DNA of 64,000 bases from an uncultured Candidatus Saccharibacteria bacterium (GCA_964401035.1 CAYNWV010000002.1:6316-70315); one strand, 5' to 3'. Counted from the stretch's first letter, positions 43,572 through 54,396 are shown. Translations and numbers: made by a program. Notes: a model not told the origin generated them from the letters alone.

Positions 43572-45617
43572 TTACGACTTAACTCGGCGCTGGTAGGCTT
43601 CGAGCATTTGGATATCTGACATATCTTTGCGACGACCGAGATTTTGCTTGCAAGCGATAAGGTCGGTGACAGACATCAGCATGACGCCCTGTTGTTTCGT
43701 GGCACCGCGCTTGAGGCTGTCAAACGAGCGCCCAATCCAGCGACGCATCAGGTTAATGCCGTTGTGGGTGAGGATCGTTTTTCCAGTCGGTGCGAGATAC
43801 TCATTCCAGTCGGCTTTGCGACGATATTTTTCGTACAGAGTGTCGGAAACAACCAGATCGACATCAGTGGTATCCCGAAGATTCAATGTCTCCATGACAC
43901 CGCCGCCGACGATAATCACTTGATCGAGCGGCAGTTTCAGTGCTTTGACACGGTCAATCGCCGTACGATTGTGCGGCACTTCGTAGAGAATTGCTGCGCG
44001 AAGAGTCGGCATGATATTGGCGTGCCCGACGAGATCAGTCACTCCGTAGCGCTCAAACTCACGCAGCAGCCCTGGTGAGATATGGGCAAAACCGAGGCGA
44101 ATCCCATCGACGCTCAGCAGGCGGTAGAGCGATTTGAGCTGTTCGACGGCTGTATAGTCGATACTATCGATCGCCCCTGCATCGACAATCATCGACCGAA
44201 CATCATGCTGTGCACCCTTGACGGCGCGCTTGAGTCGGTGGATGAAATAGTTGCTATTTTCAAAGAACAGTGGCCCGTCGAAACTATAGACGATCATATC
44301 CTCTGGTATTTGCGATACTTCACCGACGCGCTCACGTGCCCAATCAGACAACTTGCCGTCGCGGAGTAGTATCTCGTCACGCGGATGGTATTCGCGTCTT
44401 AGGCGCTCCATCAGCGACAAGACAACAGCCAGCACGACACCGCCGAACACACCCAGAAACACCACGCCAAATAGCGCTGCGAGCGCGATGAAAAACTCGA
44501 CTTTGTGGGTTTGCAAAATATACTGCAGTTCGCGTGCCCGAATCAAATGAAGCCCCATTGCGAAGACTATTGCGGCTAGCGCTGGTGCCGGCAAATATGC
44601 AAATATACTGCCGCCGAATAGGACGATCAGCCAAACAAGCAAACTCATGACAACTGCCGTACCTTGAGTACGCATACCAGCGATATCAGCTATAGCTGTT
44701 CGCGGGGGGCTACCATTGATAGCAAACCCATGCGTCAGTGACGATACAACCCCAGAGAAGCTCAGCGCCAGCATATCGCGCGGTAAATCAATCGGATCAT
44801 CATGTTCGGTGGCGTGCGTACGAATCACCGCCGTGCTTTGTGCCAAGATAACGATGGCAACCGAAAAGGCAATCGGCAGGAGTGTCACGATCGTCTCGAT
44901 AGTGAGGTTGGGCAGAGTTAATTGCGGCAACCCACCCGGTATGGCACCGACCAGAGCGACACCCATATGCGTCAGGTCAATACAGAGTGCCAAAATAATA
45001 GCAGCAGCCAGCGCAATCAGTGGCCCAGGAACCCTGGAGCGTCGAAAAATTAAGATAACCCCAACCACCAAAATAGCAATTGTCGCTGACATGCCATTGA
45101 TATGCGTGATCTGCTCTGGAATAGCCGCAAAGACTTGTCGGATCGAACCATGGAGCGTAATCCCGAGCATATCAGGTAGCTTCGTCAGCATCAGCTGCGC
45201 GCCAACACCGGCTAGGAAACCGACCATAACTGGCCGCGAAATAAGATCGGACAAAAAGTTCAGCTTTAGGATGGTAATGAGCGCCAAAATAATCGAGGCA
45301 AGTAGGCTGACGATAATGACAGTTGAGACGTATTGCGGTGTACCCGCTGCCGCTACACTGATAGCCGCTGACGCCAGCAAGACGGCCGTCGCCGAATCCG
45401 CCCCGATAATCAAGCGTTTTGATGACCCAAAAATCGCAAACACAATCGGTGCCAGCAGGGCGCTATACAGCCCCATTTCGATCGGTACGCCGGCGATAAC
45501 TGCGATACCCATGAGTTCCGGTATAGCGACGGCGCTAACCACCAGACCAGCGATAATATCGTGTTTGGCGTCTTTTCGGAGGTAGGTTTTTATGTTCTTT
45601 TGTAGCGCATAACGCAT
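43572..45617 (-). CDS. SulP-family anion transporter with STAS domain and an extra C-terminal nucleotidyltransferase-fold domain
   Basis: Polytopic N-terminal ~400 aa of SulP type. STAS segment MIVYSFDGPLFFENSNYF...IDSIDYTAVEQL. Last 150 aa contain GGGVMETLNLRDTTDVDLVV (G-G-x10-D-x-D). Confidence 0.8.
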   Translation of the reverse strand: MRYALQKNIKTYLRKDAKHDIIAGLVVSAVAIPELMGIAVIAGVPIEMGLYSALLAPIVFAIFGSSKRLIIGADSATAVLLASAAISVAAAGTPQYVSTVIIVSLLASIILALITILKLNFLSDLISRPVMVGFLAGVGAQLMLTKLPDMLGITLHGSIRQVFAAIPEQITHINGMSATIAILVVGVILIFRRSRVPGPLIALAAAIILALCIDLTHMGVALVGAIPGGLPQLTLPNLTIETIVTLLPIAFSVAIVILAQSTAVIRTHATEHDDPIDLPRDMLALSFSGVVSSLTHGFAINGSPPRTAIADIAGMRTQGTAVVMSLLVWLIVLFGGSIFAYLPAPALAAIVFAMGLHLIRARELQYILQTHKVEFFIALAALFGVVFLGVFGGVVLAVVLSLMERLRREYHPRDEILLRDGKLSDWARERVGEVSQIPEDMIVYSFDGPLFFENSNYFIHRLKRAVKGAQHDVRSMIVDAGAIDSIDYTAVEQLKSLYRLLSVDGIRLGFAHISPGLLREFERYGVTDLVGHANIMPTLRAAILYEVPHNRTAIDRVKALKLPLDQVIIVGGGVMETLNLRDTTDVDLVVSDTLYEKYRRKADWNEYLAPTGKTILTHNGINLMRRWIGRSFDSLKRGATKQQGVMLMSVTDLIACKQNLGRRKDMSDIQMLEAYQRRVKS

Positions 45618-45681
45618 ATGTCCTCATATTAGTAACAATTATCACTGCTGTCAATCAGTCCACCTCTTATACTGGAAGCCA

Positions 45682-47880
45682 ATGGGGAAGTTAGTTGTTG
45701 TATCAAATCGCCTGCCGATCGCGATCACTAAAAAAGACGGGAAGCTGTCGTATGTGCATACGAGTGGCGGCTTGGGCACGGCCATGTCATCGCTCGATAT
45801 CGATGATTTTGTGTGGGTCGGTTGGCCGGGTATTGCCTCTGATGAACTAACCGACGAAGAGATGCGGCAGATCACCCAGGATCTCAAAGAGCAATTCAAT
45901 TACATCCCCGTCTTTCAGACGAGACAACAGATTGCCCTGTACTATGAAGGGTACGCTAACGATACCTTGTGGCCACTGTTCCATTATTTTCAATCACACG
46001 CCGTTTACCGAGATGAGTATTGGACGACTTATCAAGAGGTCAACCAATTATTCCTGCAAGCAATCGAGAGTGTTGCCGATGATGATTCGCGTATTTGGAT
46101 CCACGACTACCATCTCATGCTCCTGCCCGAAATGACCCGGCGCGTGCTGCCCGATGCCAAAATCGGCTTTTTCCTGCATATTCCGTTTCCATCGTACGAA
46201 ATTTTTCGACTCATCCCCGAGCGCAAAGAATTAATCCGCGGCATGCTCGGCGCTGACCTGGTTGGCTTCCATATCTACGACTACGCGCGGCACTTTCTCA
46301 GTAGTTCACAGCGCCTGCTTGGCGCCACGAGTGACAATGGTACGATCGAACACGATGGCCGCATGGTCAAAGTTGATACTTTTCCAATCGGCGTTGACTA
46401 TGGACGCTTCAAAGAAGAACTGGCAAAGCCTGCTGTCAAGAAAGAACTGCGGTCGCTCACCAAGCGTTTTATTGATCAAAAATTGATCGTGGCTGTTGAC
46501 CGACTCGATTATTCGAAAGGTATCCCGGAGCGACTGGCCGGTTTTGAGCGATTTCTGGCAGAACACCCTGAATATCACGAAAAAGTCGTGTTTCATATGA
46601 TTGCCGCGCCGTCCCGAACCGAAGTCGAGACCTATCGACAGCTGCGCGACAGTGTCGAACAAACCGTCAGTCGTATCAATGGCCTCTATGCCACCTATCG
46701 CTGGTCGCCAATAGCCTACCAATTCCAAAATCTCGGGTTCGACAAGATCGTGCCGCTCTACCATCGAGCTGATGTAGCACTGGTAACGCCCGTCCGTGAT
46801 GGTATGAACCTAGTCGCCAAAGAATATGTCGCCTCCAAGCAAGCGCAGCCTGGCGTGCTGATACTCAGTGAGACCGCTGGCGCGGCCGATGAACTGATGG
46901 ATGCCCTACTCATCAACCCCAATGACGCTCACGAGGTCGCAACAGCAATACATGAGGCGCTCGAAATGCCGACAAATGCTCAGCTAACTCGTCTCGAGCG
47001 CATGCAGGAGCGTATTGCCGATTATACTGTCCAAAAATGGGGCAATGATTTCCTAGGTGAGCTCGACGCTGTCAGTGAAACTCACAAAGGCTCACTGCAA
47101 AAGCGTCTACGCAGTGCAGATAGCGAAGTGATTGTTCGTGAATACCGTCAGGCCACCTCGAGACTCCTGCTGCTTGACTACGACGGGACACTTCATCATT
47201 TTGTGGCCACGCCAGGTAGGGAAGCGGCGCGACCCGACGCTGAACTGCTCGCTATGATCGATCGTCTCGCCAAACAACCGGGCACAAAAGTTATCATCAC
47301 CAGTGGCCGTGACCGCCAGACGCTCCAGAGTTGGTTTGGGCATTTCGCGCAAGTCTCACTGGTCGCCGAACATGGCGCCTGGACGCGCGATCATGGCGAA
47401 TGGAAGCGAAACACCGAAGAATTCGACAAAAAACCCTACCTTGACATCATGAAACGCTACGGAGTCCGCACCGCTGGGTCAGTCATCGACGAGAAAGAAT
47501 TTTCAGTTGTCTGGCACTATCGCCGCGTCAATCCGGAACTTGCCTATATCCGAAACGCCGGTCTGCGCCACGAGCTGCGCGAAGCCACCGAGCACACCGA
47601 TATTGGCGTCTACGACGGCCGTAAAATCATCGAGGTCAAGCCGCGCGGCCTGCATAAAGGTGTGATCGCTCGCGAATCACTGGACAAATACCCGAGCGAT
47701 TTCATACTCTGCGCCGGCGATGACTACACCGACGAAGAAGCTTTTCGTGTCATGCCAGCCGAAGCGCACACTATCAAAATCGGTTTCGGACAAACTCACG
47801 CTCGATATCAGGTCGGCAAAATGGAAAAAATTCTCACGCTGCTCGATAAATTAAGCCACGAAAAGATAGGAAAGTCATGA
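45682..47880 (+). CDS. otsA: bifunctional trehalose-6-phosphate synthase / phosphatase (GT20 plus HAD-IIB fusion)
   Basis: VVVSNRLP N-terminus, [11 protein letters not shown]-terminal [10 protein letters not shown] and [10 protein letters not shown]. Confidence 0.9.
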   Translation: MGKLVVVSNRLPIAITKKDGKLSYVHTSGGLGTAMSSLDIDDFVWVGWPGIASDELTDEEMRQITQDLKEQFNYIPVFQTRQQIALYYEGYANDTLWPLFHYFQSHAVYRDEYWTTYQEVNQLFLQAIESVADDDSRIWIHDYHLMLLPEMTRRVLPDAKIGFFLHIPFPSYEIFRLIPERKELIRGMLGADLVGFHIYDYARHFLSSSQRLLGATSDNGTIEHDGRMVKVDTFPIGVDYGRFKEELAKPAVKKELRSLTKRFIDQKLIVAVDRLDYSKGIPERLAGFERFLAEHPEYHEKVVFHMIAAPSRTEVETYRQLRDSVEQTVSRINGLYATYRWSPIAYQFQNLGFDKIVPLYHRADVALVTPVRDGMNLVAKEYVASKQAQPGVLILSETAGAADELMDALLINPNDAHEVATAIHEALEMPTNAQLTRLERMQERIADYTVQKWGNDFLGELDAVSETHKGSLQKRLRSADSEVIVREYRQATSRLLLLDYDGTLHHFVATPGREAARPDAELLAMIDRLAKQPGTKVIITSGRDRQTLQSWFGHFAQVSLVAEHGAWTRDHGEWKRNTEEFDKKPYLDIMKRYGVRTAGSVIDEKEFSVVWHYRRVNPELAYIRNAGLRHELREATEHTDIGVYDGRKIIEVKPRGLHKGVIARESLDKYPSDFILCAGDDYTDEEAFRVMPAEAHTIKIGFGQTHARYQVGKMEKILTLLDKLSHEKIGKS

Positions 47881-48647
47881 CAGAACTACTCGATACAGCC
47901 GCAGGTGAATCACTAAAAACAGCATACCGACAGGCTTCGCGTTGTCTGTTGGCGCTTGATTATGATGGGGTGCTCCATGATCTTGTCGATGATATTTCGG
48001 TCGAAGGCGCTCGACCTACCGGTGACACGCTGCGATTACTGGGCGCCCTAGCAGCCGATCCAAAAACCAATCTGACCATCGTCAGCGGACGCACCCGAGA
48101 GATTCTACAAGACTGGTTTCAGACAGCTCCAGAGATTGACCTGTGCGCCGAACATGGCGCCTGGCGCAAGATTGACGGTGAATGGCAAGCTCAAGTTGAG
48201 CGATTTGACATGAGTCATCTGGTTGCATTTTTACAGCCCTATGTGGCGCAGTTTCCTGGGACAGCCATCGAGCAAAAAAGCTTCGGACTGGTATTTCATT
48301 ACCGTTTAGCCGCGGATAAACCAGCCGTCGAGCGTGCATTACCTGCCATCAGACAGGGTCTCGCCGAACTGGTCAATACCGAACAAATCGGTGTCTTTGA
48401 CGGTAGCAATATTATCGAAATCAAGCCGCGCAGCATGGATAAAGGCATCATGGTGCGCTCACTGATCGACGAAACGCACCCTGATTATGTTTTGATCGCC
48501 GGCGATGACTATACCGACGAACACATGTTCGCCGCCGCACCAGAGGCTGCCTACACTATCCACGTTGGCGACGAACCGACCGAGGCACGCTATCGAATTG
48601 GGAGCTCTCATCAATTTGTCGAGGTATTAAAATCGCTTTTGACATAG
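47877..48647 (+). CDS. otsB: trehalose-phosphatase (stand-alone HAD-IIB)
   Basis: LLALDYDGVL, IVSGR, GDDYTDEHMF. 4-bp overlap with the fusion gene. Confidence 0.8.
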   Translation: MTELLDTAAGESLKTAYRQASRCLLALDYDGVLHDLVDDISVEGARPTGDTLRLLGALAADPKTNLTIVSGRTREILQDWFQTAPEIDLCAEHGAWRKIDGEWQAQVERFDMSHLVAFLQPYVAQFPGTAIEQKSFGLVFHYRLAADKPAVERALPAIRQGLAELVNTEQIGVFDGSNIIEIKPRSMDKGIMVRSLIDETHPDYVLIAGDDYTDEHMFAAAPEAAYTIHVGDEPTEARYRIGSSHQFVEVLKSLLT

Positions 48648-48698
48648 ACACACTATGACATCCACACGCGAAAAAGTGTGCGTGATAAACTTAATACC

Positions 48699-49904
48699 AT
48701 GAATGCTACCTACAGAAGTCGATTAGAGAGGAATATTGGCAAATATTCTTGGTACAAGGTATTCACAAAACGTGTTTATTTGCCCCTTATCACAATCCAG
48801 CTCGTCAATGTAGGCAAGGTAACACTCGAAGAATTAGCGATTATTGTCGTCATCTCGTCGATTGTTCAGGCAATCTTGCAAATGCCGGCAGGATATATTG
48901 CAGATAAGATTGGTAATCGCAAGTCAATAATACTCGGTGCCAGTATCGCAGTTACGTCACCGCTATTTTACGCCTTTATACCGAACTTCTGGGGTGGTCT
49001 GATTGCTGCCATTTTATTTTTTGGTGGCTACGCTTTTCAATCAGGGGCACTTGAAGCCTTTATCCACGACACTCTCGTTGCGCTCGACAGGGAAAAGGAT
49101 TATGCAAAAGTTATGGGTCACGCTCAGACATACGGACTGGTTGGGAATATTATTCTCGTCGCCCTCATCCCAGCCACATACTCGATAAATCATGCCCTGC
49201 CATTTGTCATCGGATTTTTCTCATTAGTAGTCATGTTATGGCTGACGTTCAGCTTCGAGCACCCGAAGACAGAGGAGTCCACAGCAGCAAAGAAAAACCC
49301 GTTTTTGGCAATAAAGAGTATTGTTAACGCTGAGAATGTCATGCTGTTTATATTCTCTGGTTTTCTGACGGGTGTTTCAAATAAGGGTGGCGAGTTCCGA
49401 GAACTCGTATTTCAACATGTTGGCATAGCTGTTACGCTATTCGGCATCATTCTTGCGCTTGCTAGTCTGATGGGGGCGATAATGGGCTGGTATGTTCATA
49501 TTCTCGATCGTATGAAGCCGCTGTCATTTTACCTATTTGATCTGCTGATAATAGCCCTCTGTTTGGTATTTATGGGTGCAACATCAAACCCGATAGTTGC
49601 GGTGATGGCATTTACACTGTTCGCGGCTTATACACGAGTCCGGATGATAATATTCCAGGCAAAGATGCTCCACGAGATGAAACATGCATACAAAGCGACC
49701 CTTATTTCTGCGCTCAACCTGTTTACACTGCTTGGCGATATTATCGCTATAACATTGCTGACAAAGTTCATAACCGACAACGGATATCTCTCTGGTCATG
49801 TGTTATTCGCTGGCGCAGTGTTCGTCATTGGTGTCATTCTTTGGTCGCTCATGGTATTTGAAGCCAACAGCCGCAGGAGGCAACGAACATTGACTGTATC
49901 CTAA
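48699..49904 (+). CDS. MFS transporter
   Basis: About 12 hydrophobic helices. GYIADKIGNRKSII loop motif. ATG 48699 chosen; the GTG at 48678 in the ORF track is an alternative. Confidence 0.75.
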   Translation: MNATYRSRLERNIGKYSWYKVFTKRVYLPLITIQLVNVGKVTLEELAIIVVISSIVQAILQMPAGYIADKIGNRKSIILGASIAVTSPLFYAFIPNFWGGLIAAILFFGGYAFQSGALEAFIHDTLVALDREKDYAKVMGHAQTYGLVGNIILVALIPATYSINHALPFVIGFFSLVVMLWLTFSFEHPKTEESTAAKKNPFLAIKSIVNAENVMLFIFSGFLTGVSNKGGEFRELVFQHVGIAVTLFGIILALASLMGAIMGWYVHILDRMKPLSFYLFDLLIIALCLVFMGATSNPIVAVMAFTLFAAYTRVRMIIFQAKMLHEMKHAYKATLISALNLFTLLGDIIAITLLTKFITDNGYLSGHVLFAGAVFVIGVILWSLMVFEANSRRRQRTLTVS

Positions 49905-49944
49905 AAGTAATTCCCGTATATCTTTTGATATACGGGAATTACTA

Positions 49945-50019
49945 TGGCTGGGGTGGAGGGATTTGAACCCCCGAATGCATGGACCAAAACCATGTGCCTT
50001 ACCACTTGGCGACACCCCA
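49945..50019 (-). tRNA. trnQ: tRNA-Gln (anticodon UUG), CCA end encoded
   Basis: Reverse complement folds as acceptor TGGGGTG/CACCCCA (U1-A72), anticodon stem CATGG/CCATG with loop TTTTGGT, T-arm GGGGG-TTCAAAT-CCCTC, discriminator G plus CCA. Confidence 0.9.
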
Positions 50020-50107
50020 AGATGTGCGAGATACTGAGATTCCGCCAGGTAGTAAGGTTTTGGTCTATGGACTGTTATTTTCTGACTCGCGCGATGCGCT
50101 CGAACAG

Positions 50108-50138
50108 CCATGTGCCTTACCACTTGGCGACACCCCAA
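50108..50138 (-). pseudogene. duplicated tRNA-Gln 5' half (positions 1-31), truncated
   Basis: 31 identical bases (49990-50020 = 50108-50138). After the 5' strand of the anticodon stem it continues into an unrelated hairpin (CTGTT...AACAG). No T-arm or 3' acceptor strand. Confidence 0.8.
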
Positions 50139-50155
50139 TAAATGGCGCACTGCAT

Positions 50156-50164
50156 ATTGTACCA
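50156..50164 (-). promoter_or_regulatory. extended -10 box upstream of the truncated tRNA-Gln copy
   Basis: On the minus strand: TGgTACAAT, 17 nt upstream of the pseudo-tRNA 5' end. No comparable box directly upstream of the intact tRNA-Gln. Confidence 0.4.
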
Positions 50165-50186
50165 CATTGCTCGGGGGTGAGGAGCG

Positions 50187-50753
50187 CTATTTCTTGCCGA
50201 ACAAACTACTGAGGCCGCCCAGCACTTCATCGAGCACTGAACCGTCATGATTTTTGTCCAAAATCGAAGTGGCGATCTGCGTCAGCGGGCTACCTGACTG
50301 CGTGGTTTGTTTCGACAAACTATCCGCGAGATCACCTGAACTCATGTTTTGATCGAGTTTTTTCTTGCCGAGATAGGCGAGTACCAGTGGTGCCACAAAA
50401 CTCAGGATCTGAATGACCGTTTGAGCATCAACCCCTGTCTTTTTGGAGATCTGGTTGGCGGCCTTTGTATCGTTGCTGCCAAAAATATGCCCCAGAATAC
50501 TCATGCCATCGGCGTTTTGTGCGCCCTGACCAAACACGGTATCATGCGAATCTGTGGCGTGACCAGCCACCGCCTGATCGAGCGCCGTGGCACCACTCGC
50601 AGTCTGGGCATTATTACCGAGCTGCCCCAGGATAACCGGCAGACCAGCCGCAATGACTTTCGAGACATCGTTGCTGCTGGCACCAGTCGCTTCAGAAATC
50701 TGATCGTGTGTACTGTTACCGATAACCGAACCAAGAATTGATTGTAGATCCAT
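50187..50753 (-). CDS. hypothetical Gly/Ser/Ala-rich protein (possibly DUF937-like)
   Basis: 188 aa with repeated ILGxxIG / ILGHIFG / LSSLFG motifs. The family name is an uncertain recollection. Confidence 0.5.
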   Translation of the reverse strand: MDLQSILGSVIGNSTHDQISEATGASSNDVSKVIAAGLPVILGQLGNNAQTASGATALDQAVAGHATDSHDTVFGQGAQNADGMSILGHIFGSNDTKAANQISKKTGVDAQTVIQILSFVAPLVLAYLGKKKLDQNMSSGDLADSLSKQTTQSGSPLTQIATSILDKNHDGSVLDEVLGGLSSLFGKK

Positions 50754-50860
50754 AAATAGCTCCCTTGTCTCTACTGTTTTATACTACTAGTCTTATTATA
50801 CGCGTTTCTGATGATTTATGACTTCTCGGTTGATTCCGCTAATGCTATACTAAAATCAAT

Positions 50861-53218
50861 ATGAATACGCACGAGAAACACTCCATGAGCCAGTATCTGC
50901 GCGCTGTTAATTATTTGACGGCAGCCCAGATTTTTTTACATGACAACTTTTTAATGCAGCGGGATCTCAAATTTGACGATGTCAAAAACCGCCTGCTCGG
51001 GCACTGGGGTAGCTGCCCGGGCATCAACTTTGCCTATGCCCACCTGAGTCGTTACGCCAAAAAATACGATCAAGACATGATGTACGTTGTCGGTCCAGGC
51101 CACGGTTTCCCGGGTCTGCAGGCTAACTTATTTATGGAAGGCACACTCAGTCACTTTGACCCATCGCTGACCATGGATATGGCCGGTGTCGAACGCCTGT
51201 GCCGCGAGTTTAGCTGGCCGTATGGCTACCCGAGCCACTCCAACCCCGAAACACCAGGCGTCATCCTAGAGGGTGGCGAACTGGGGTATGCGCTATCGAC
51301 GAGCTATGGTGCCGTCATGGATAACCCCGATCTAATGGTAGCCTGTCTAGTGGGGGACGGTGAAGCTGAAACTGGTCCAACCGCTGGTGCGTGGCATCTA
51401 AACAAGCTCATCAACCCGAAAAAAGACGGTATTGTCCTGCCGATTCTTCACCTGAACGGCTATAAAATCTCCGCTCCAACCGTCTTTGGTCGCATGAGCA
51501 ACTACGAACTCATGGCACTGTTTTCGGGCTACGGTTACGAACCACGTATCGTTGACTGCACCAAAGAAGGTGTCAATCCAAATGAAGCCATGGCCGAAGC
51601 ACTGGACTGGGCACACGATATCATCGCTGATATTCGTGCCGGTGAAGATGACGTCGCACCGCGTATTCCGATGTTGATCATGCGCACCCTCAAAGGCTGG
51701 ACTGGCGTCAAAGAGCTCGATGGTAACAAAGTCGAGGGTAACTGCCTGTCGCACCAAGTTGTTTTGACAGAAGCAAAAACGAATGAAGAGCACCTAAAGC
51801 TTCTCAACACCTGGCTCCAGAGCTACAACTTCTCTGAGCTCTTTAGTCCAAAGACTGGTTTTGGCGACTACGTCAAAGATATCATCCCTGAAAATCCTGA
51901 AAAACGCCTGGGTATGAACAAGCACGCCCGCGCTGCCGGCGGTGTCTACAAGCCACTTGAGCTACCTGAAGTGACTGAGTTTGCTCAGAATGCCGAAACA
52001 CCTGGTCAGACAAATGCCTCGAGCATGATCCAGACCGGTAAATATCTCAAGCGTGTTTTCGACCTAAATGCCGACAACAAGAACTTCCGTTTTATGAGTC
52101 CAGATGAAACCTACTCGAACAAACTCGATGCCGTATTCCAAAGCACGCACCGTGCCTGGCAATGGCCGATTATGGAGTGGGACAAAGACCTGGCGCAGGA
52201 CGGTCGTGTCATGGAAATGCTGTCCGAACACAATATGCAGGGTCTCATGCAAGGCTATGTCTTGACTGGTCGCCACGGTGTGCTGGCTAGTTACGAAGCT
52301 TTCCTGCAGGTGATCTCGAGCATGGTTGACCAGTGTGCCAAATTCTTGACCCAGAGCCGCGGTGTTGAATGGCGCGAGACTATATCGTCGCTCAACTACA
52401 TCCTGACATCGAGCGGCTGGCGCCAAGACCACAATGGCTTTAGCCACCAAAACCCGGGCTTTATCGACGATATTTTGCGCCGACAAAGCAACTTTAGTAA
52501 CGTCTACTTCCCAGCCGACGCCAACAGCTGTCTGGTCACTATGGAACGTATGCTCAGCTCGACCCGTCAGATCAACGCCGTGGTCGGTGGCAAAACCATG
52601 GAGCCGCAGTGGCTGTCGGTTGACCAAGCTCGTGCACAGGTCAATCGTGGCCTGATGATCTGGGAATTTGCTTCCGATGACAATCCCGACCTGGTTATGG
52701 CAGCGGCCGGCGACTATCCGGTCAAAGAATCTCTGGCAGCTATCAATATCGTGCACGAAGAATTTCCTGAAGCTCGTATCCGTTTTGTCAACGTGTCGAG
52801 CCTGACCACAACTGGCTTTGGCACGATCGAAAACGTCACCGATCAAGTCGCATTCGAAGATGCCTTCACCGATAACAAACCCGTTATTTTCAACTTCCAC
52901 GGCTACCCGCAGACAATCAAGAGTATCCTCTTCAACTATGCCTACGATCCACGTCGTTTCGATGTCCGCGGCTATATCGAAGTTGGCTCGACGACCACGC
53001 CATTTGACATGCACGTTCGCAACTTTACCAGTCGCTACCACTTGGCTATCGCCGCCTTTGACCGACTAGGTCGAACTGGCGTCGTACCGTTCTCGGAATC
53101 TGAACACAAGATTGCCGAATACATGGAAAAGATCAACCAAAATACTGAGTATATCAAGGCAAACGGTATCGATGATCCAGAAATTGACGCGTGGGTATGG
53201 AAGGGCAGACAAAACTAA
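50861..53218 (+). CDS. xfp: xylulose-5-phosphate/fructose-6-phosphate phosphoketolase
   Basis: LLGHWGSCPGINF, EGGELGYALS, GDGEAETGP. 785 aa. Confidence 0.95.
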   Translation: MNTHEKHSMSQYLRAVNYLTAAQIFLHDNFLMQRDLKFDDVKNRLLGHWGSCPGINFAYAHLSRYAKKYDQDMMYVVGPGHGFPGLQANLFMEGTLSHFDPSLTMDMAGVERLCREFSWPYGYPSHSNPETPGVILEGGELGYALSTSYGAVMDNPDLMVACLVGDGEAETGPTAGAWHLNKLINPKKDGIVLPILHLNGYKISAPTVFGRMSNYELMALFSGYGYEPRIVDCTKEGVNPNEAMAEALDWAHDIIADIRAGEDDVAPRIPMLIMRTLKGWTGVKELDGNKVEGNCLSHQVVLTEAKTNEEHLKLLNTWLQSYNFSELFSPKTGFGDYVKDIIPENPEKRLGMNKHARAAGGVYKPLELPEVTEFAQNAETPGQTNASSMIQTGKYLKRVFDLNADNKNFRFMSPDETYSNKLDAVFQSTHRAWQWPIMEWDKDLAQDGRVMEMLSEHNMQGLMQGYVLTGRHGVLASYEAFLQVISSMVDQCAKFLTQSRGVEWRETISSLNYILTSSGWRQDHNGFSHQNPGFIDDILRRQSNFSNVYFPADANSCLVTMERMLSSTRQINAVVGGKTMEPQWLSVDQARAQVNRGLMIWEFASDDNPDLVMAAAGDYPVKESLAAINIVHEEFPEARIRFVNVSSLTTTGFGTIENVTDQVAFEDAFTDNKPVIFNFHGYPQTIKSILFNYAYDPRRFDVRGYIEVGSTTTPFDMHVRNFTSRYHLAIAAFDRLGRTGVVPFSESEHKIAEYMEKINQNTEYIKANGIDDPEIDAWVWKGRQN

Positions 53219-54396
53219 TCCTGGTTGCCAACCCAGGTAGCTCGAGTCGCAAATATGCGCTGTACGAGTCTATAGACGATACCCTAAAAACCCGCGCAAC
53301 TGTCCATATCGAGACCAGTGACCAGGGACTGCTCGGTAGTATTGTCCGGTACGATCAGCCCCGCGCTGACCTAGTAGTAGAGTTTGACGATTTAGCCGAT
53401 AGTTCACAACATATCGAATCTATTTTGCGTCAAGAAGGTGCTCTGTACGAACAAGAATCGCTGGCGGCAATCGGCTTACGCGTCGTGGCGCCGAACAGCT
53501 ATTTCATGCGCGATCAAATTATCGCCGAAGAGTTCGTGTCGAAATTACACGAAGTCCAGGAAATCGCGCCAATTCACATCAGCGGGACACTGGCCGAACT
53601 CACGTCGTTACAATCACAGTTTGCCGATATACCTGTTGTCGGCGTATCGGACAGTGCTTTCCATGCCACAAAACCACCCTACGCCTGGAATTATGGACTG
53701 CCCATCGCCGATGCTGATACGTACGATATCAAACGGTTTGGCTATCACGGCATCTCAACTCAGAGCGCCATTGATGCGTTATGGAATGCCGGCAAACTAG
53801 TACCGAAAGTTATCGTCTGTCACCTCGGTAGCGGTTCATCAGTTACGGCCGTCTATCATGGCCGTAGCATTGACACCACCATGGGATTTTCGCCGCTCGA
53901 AGGTGTCCTGATGGCCACTCGCTCTGGTTCTATTGATCCAACTGCTGTTGCGGCGCTTCAGCTAAAACTCGGCAAAGACGATGTTGCCATGCAGGACTAC
54001 CTCCATCACGAATCTGGCCTGATGGGGATTGGTGGGAGCGCAGATATTCGTGAGCTGATTGAACGAGAAAACAACGGCGATCATTTGGCGCACCTCGCAC
54101 TCACAACGCTTGTGCATACGTATCACAAAGCAATTGGTGCTATGCTCGTGGCGCTCGGCGGCGCCGATGCCCTAGTCTTTACCGGTACGGTCGGTGAGCG
54201 ATCAGCGATTTTGCGTCGACGCATTGTGGCACATCTGCGGTTTGCCGAATTTAGCCTCGATGGCGTCGTTAATGATGCCTGTTTGACACCTGAAACGATG
54301 ACCGTGATCAGTGAAAAGGGAGTTTCAAAACCTATTATTGTTATTCCCGCTGACGAATCGCACGAAATAGCTAAACACGTCGTAAAGGTACTCTAA
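53197..54396 (+). CDS. ackA: acetate kinase
   Basis: LVANPGSSSRKYALY, FGYHGIS, HLGSGSS. ATG 53197 overlaps the xfp 3' end. Confidence 0.9.
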   Translation: MEGQTKLILVANPGSSSRKYALYESIDDTLKTRATVHIETSDQGLLGSIVRYDQPRADLVVEFDDLADSSQHIESILRQEGALYEQESLAAIGLRVVAPNSYFMRDQIIAEEFVSKLHEVQEIAPIHISGTLAELTSLQSQFADIPVVGVSDSAFHATKPPYAWNYGLPIADADTYDIKRFGYHGISTQSAIDALWNAGKLVPKVIVCHLGSGSSVTAVYHGRSIDTTMGFSPLEGVLMATRSGSIDPTAVAALQLKLGKDDVAMQDYLHHESGLMGIGGSADIRELIERENNGDHLAHLALTTLVHTYHKAIGAMLVALGGADALVFTGTVGERSAILRRRIVAHLRFAEFSLDGVVNDACLTPETMTVISEKGVSKPIIVIPADESHEIAKHVVKVL

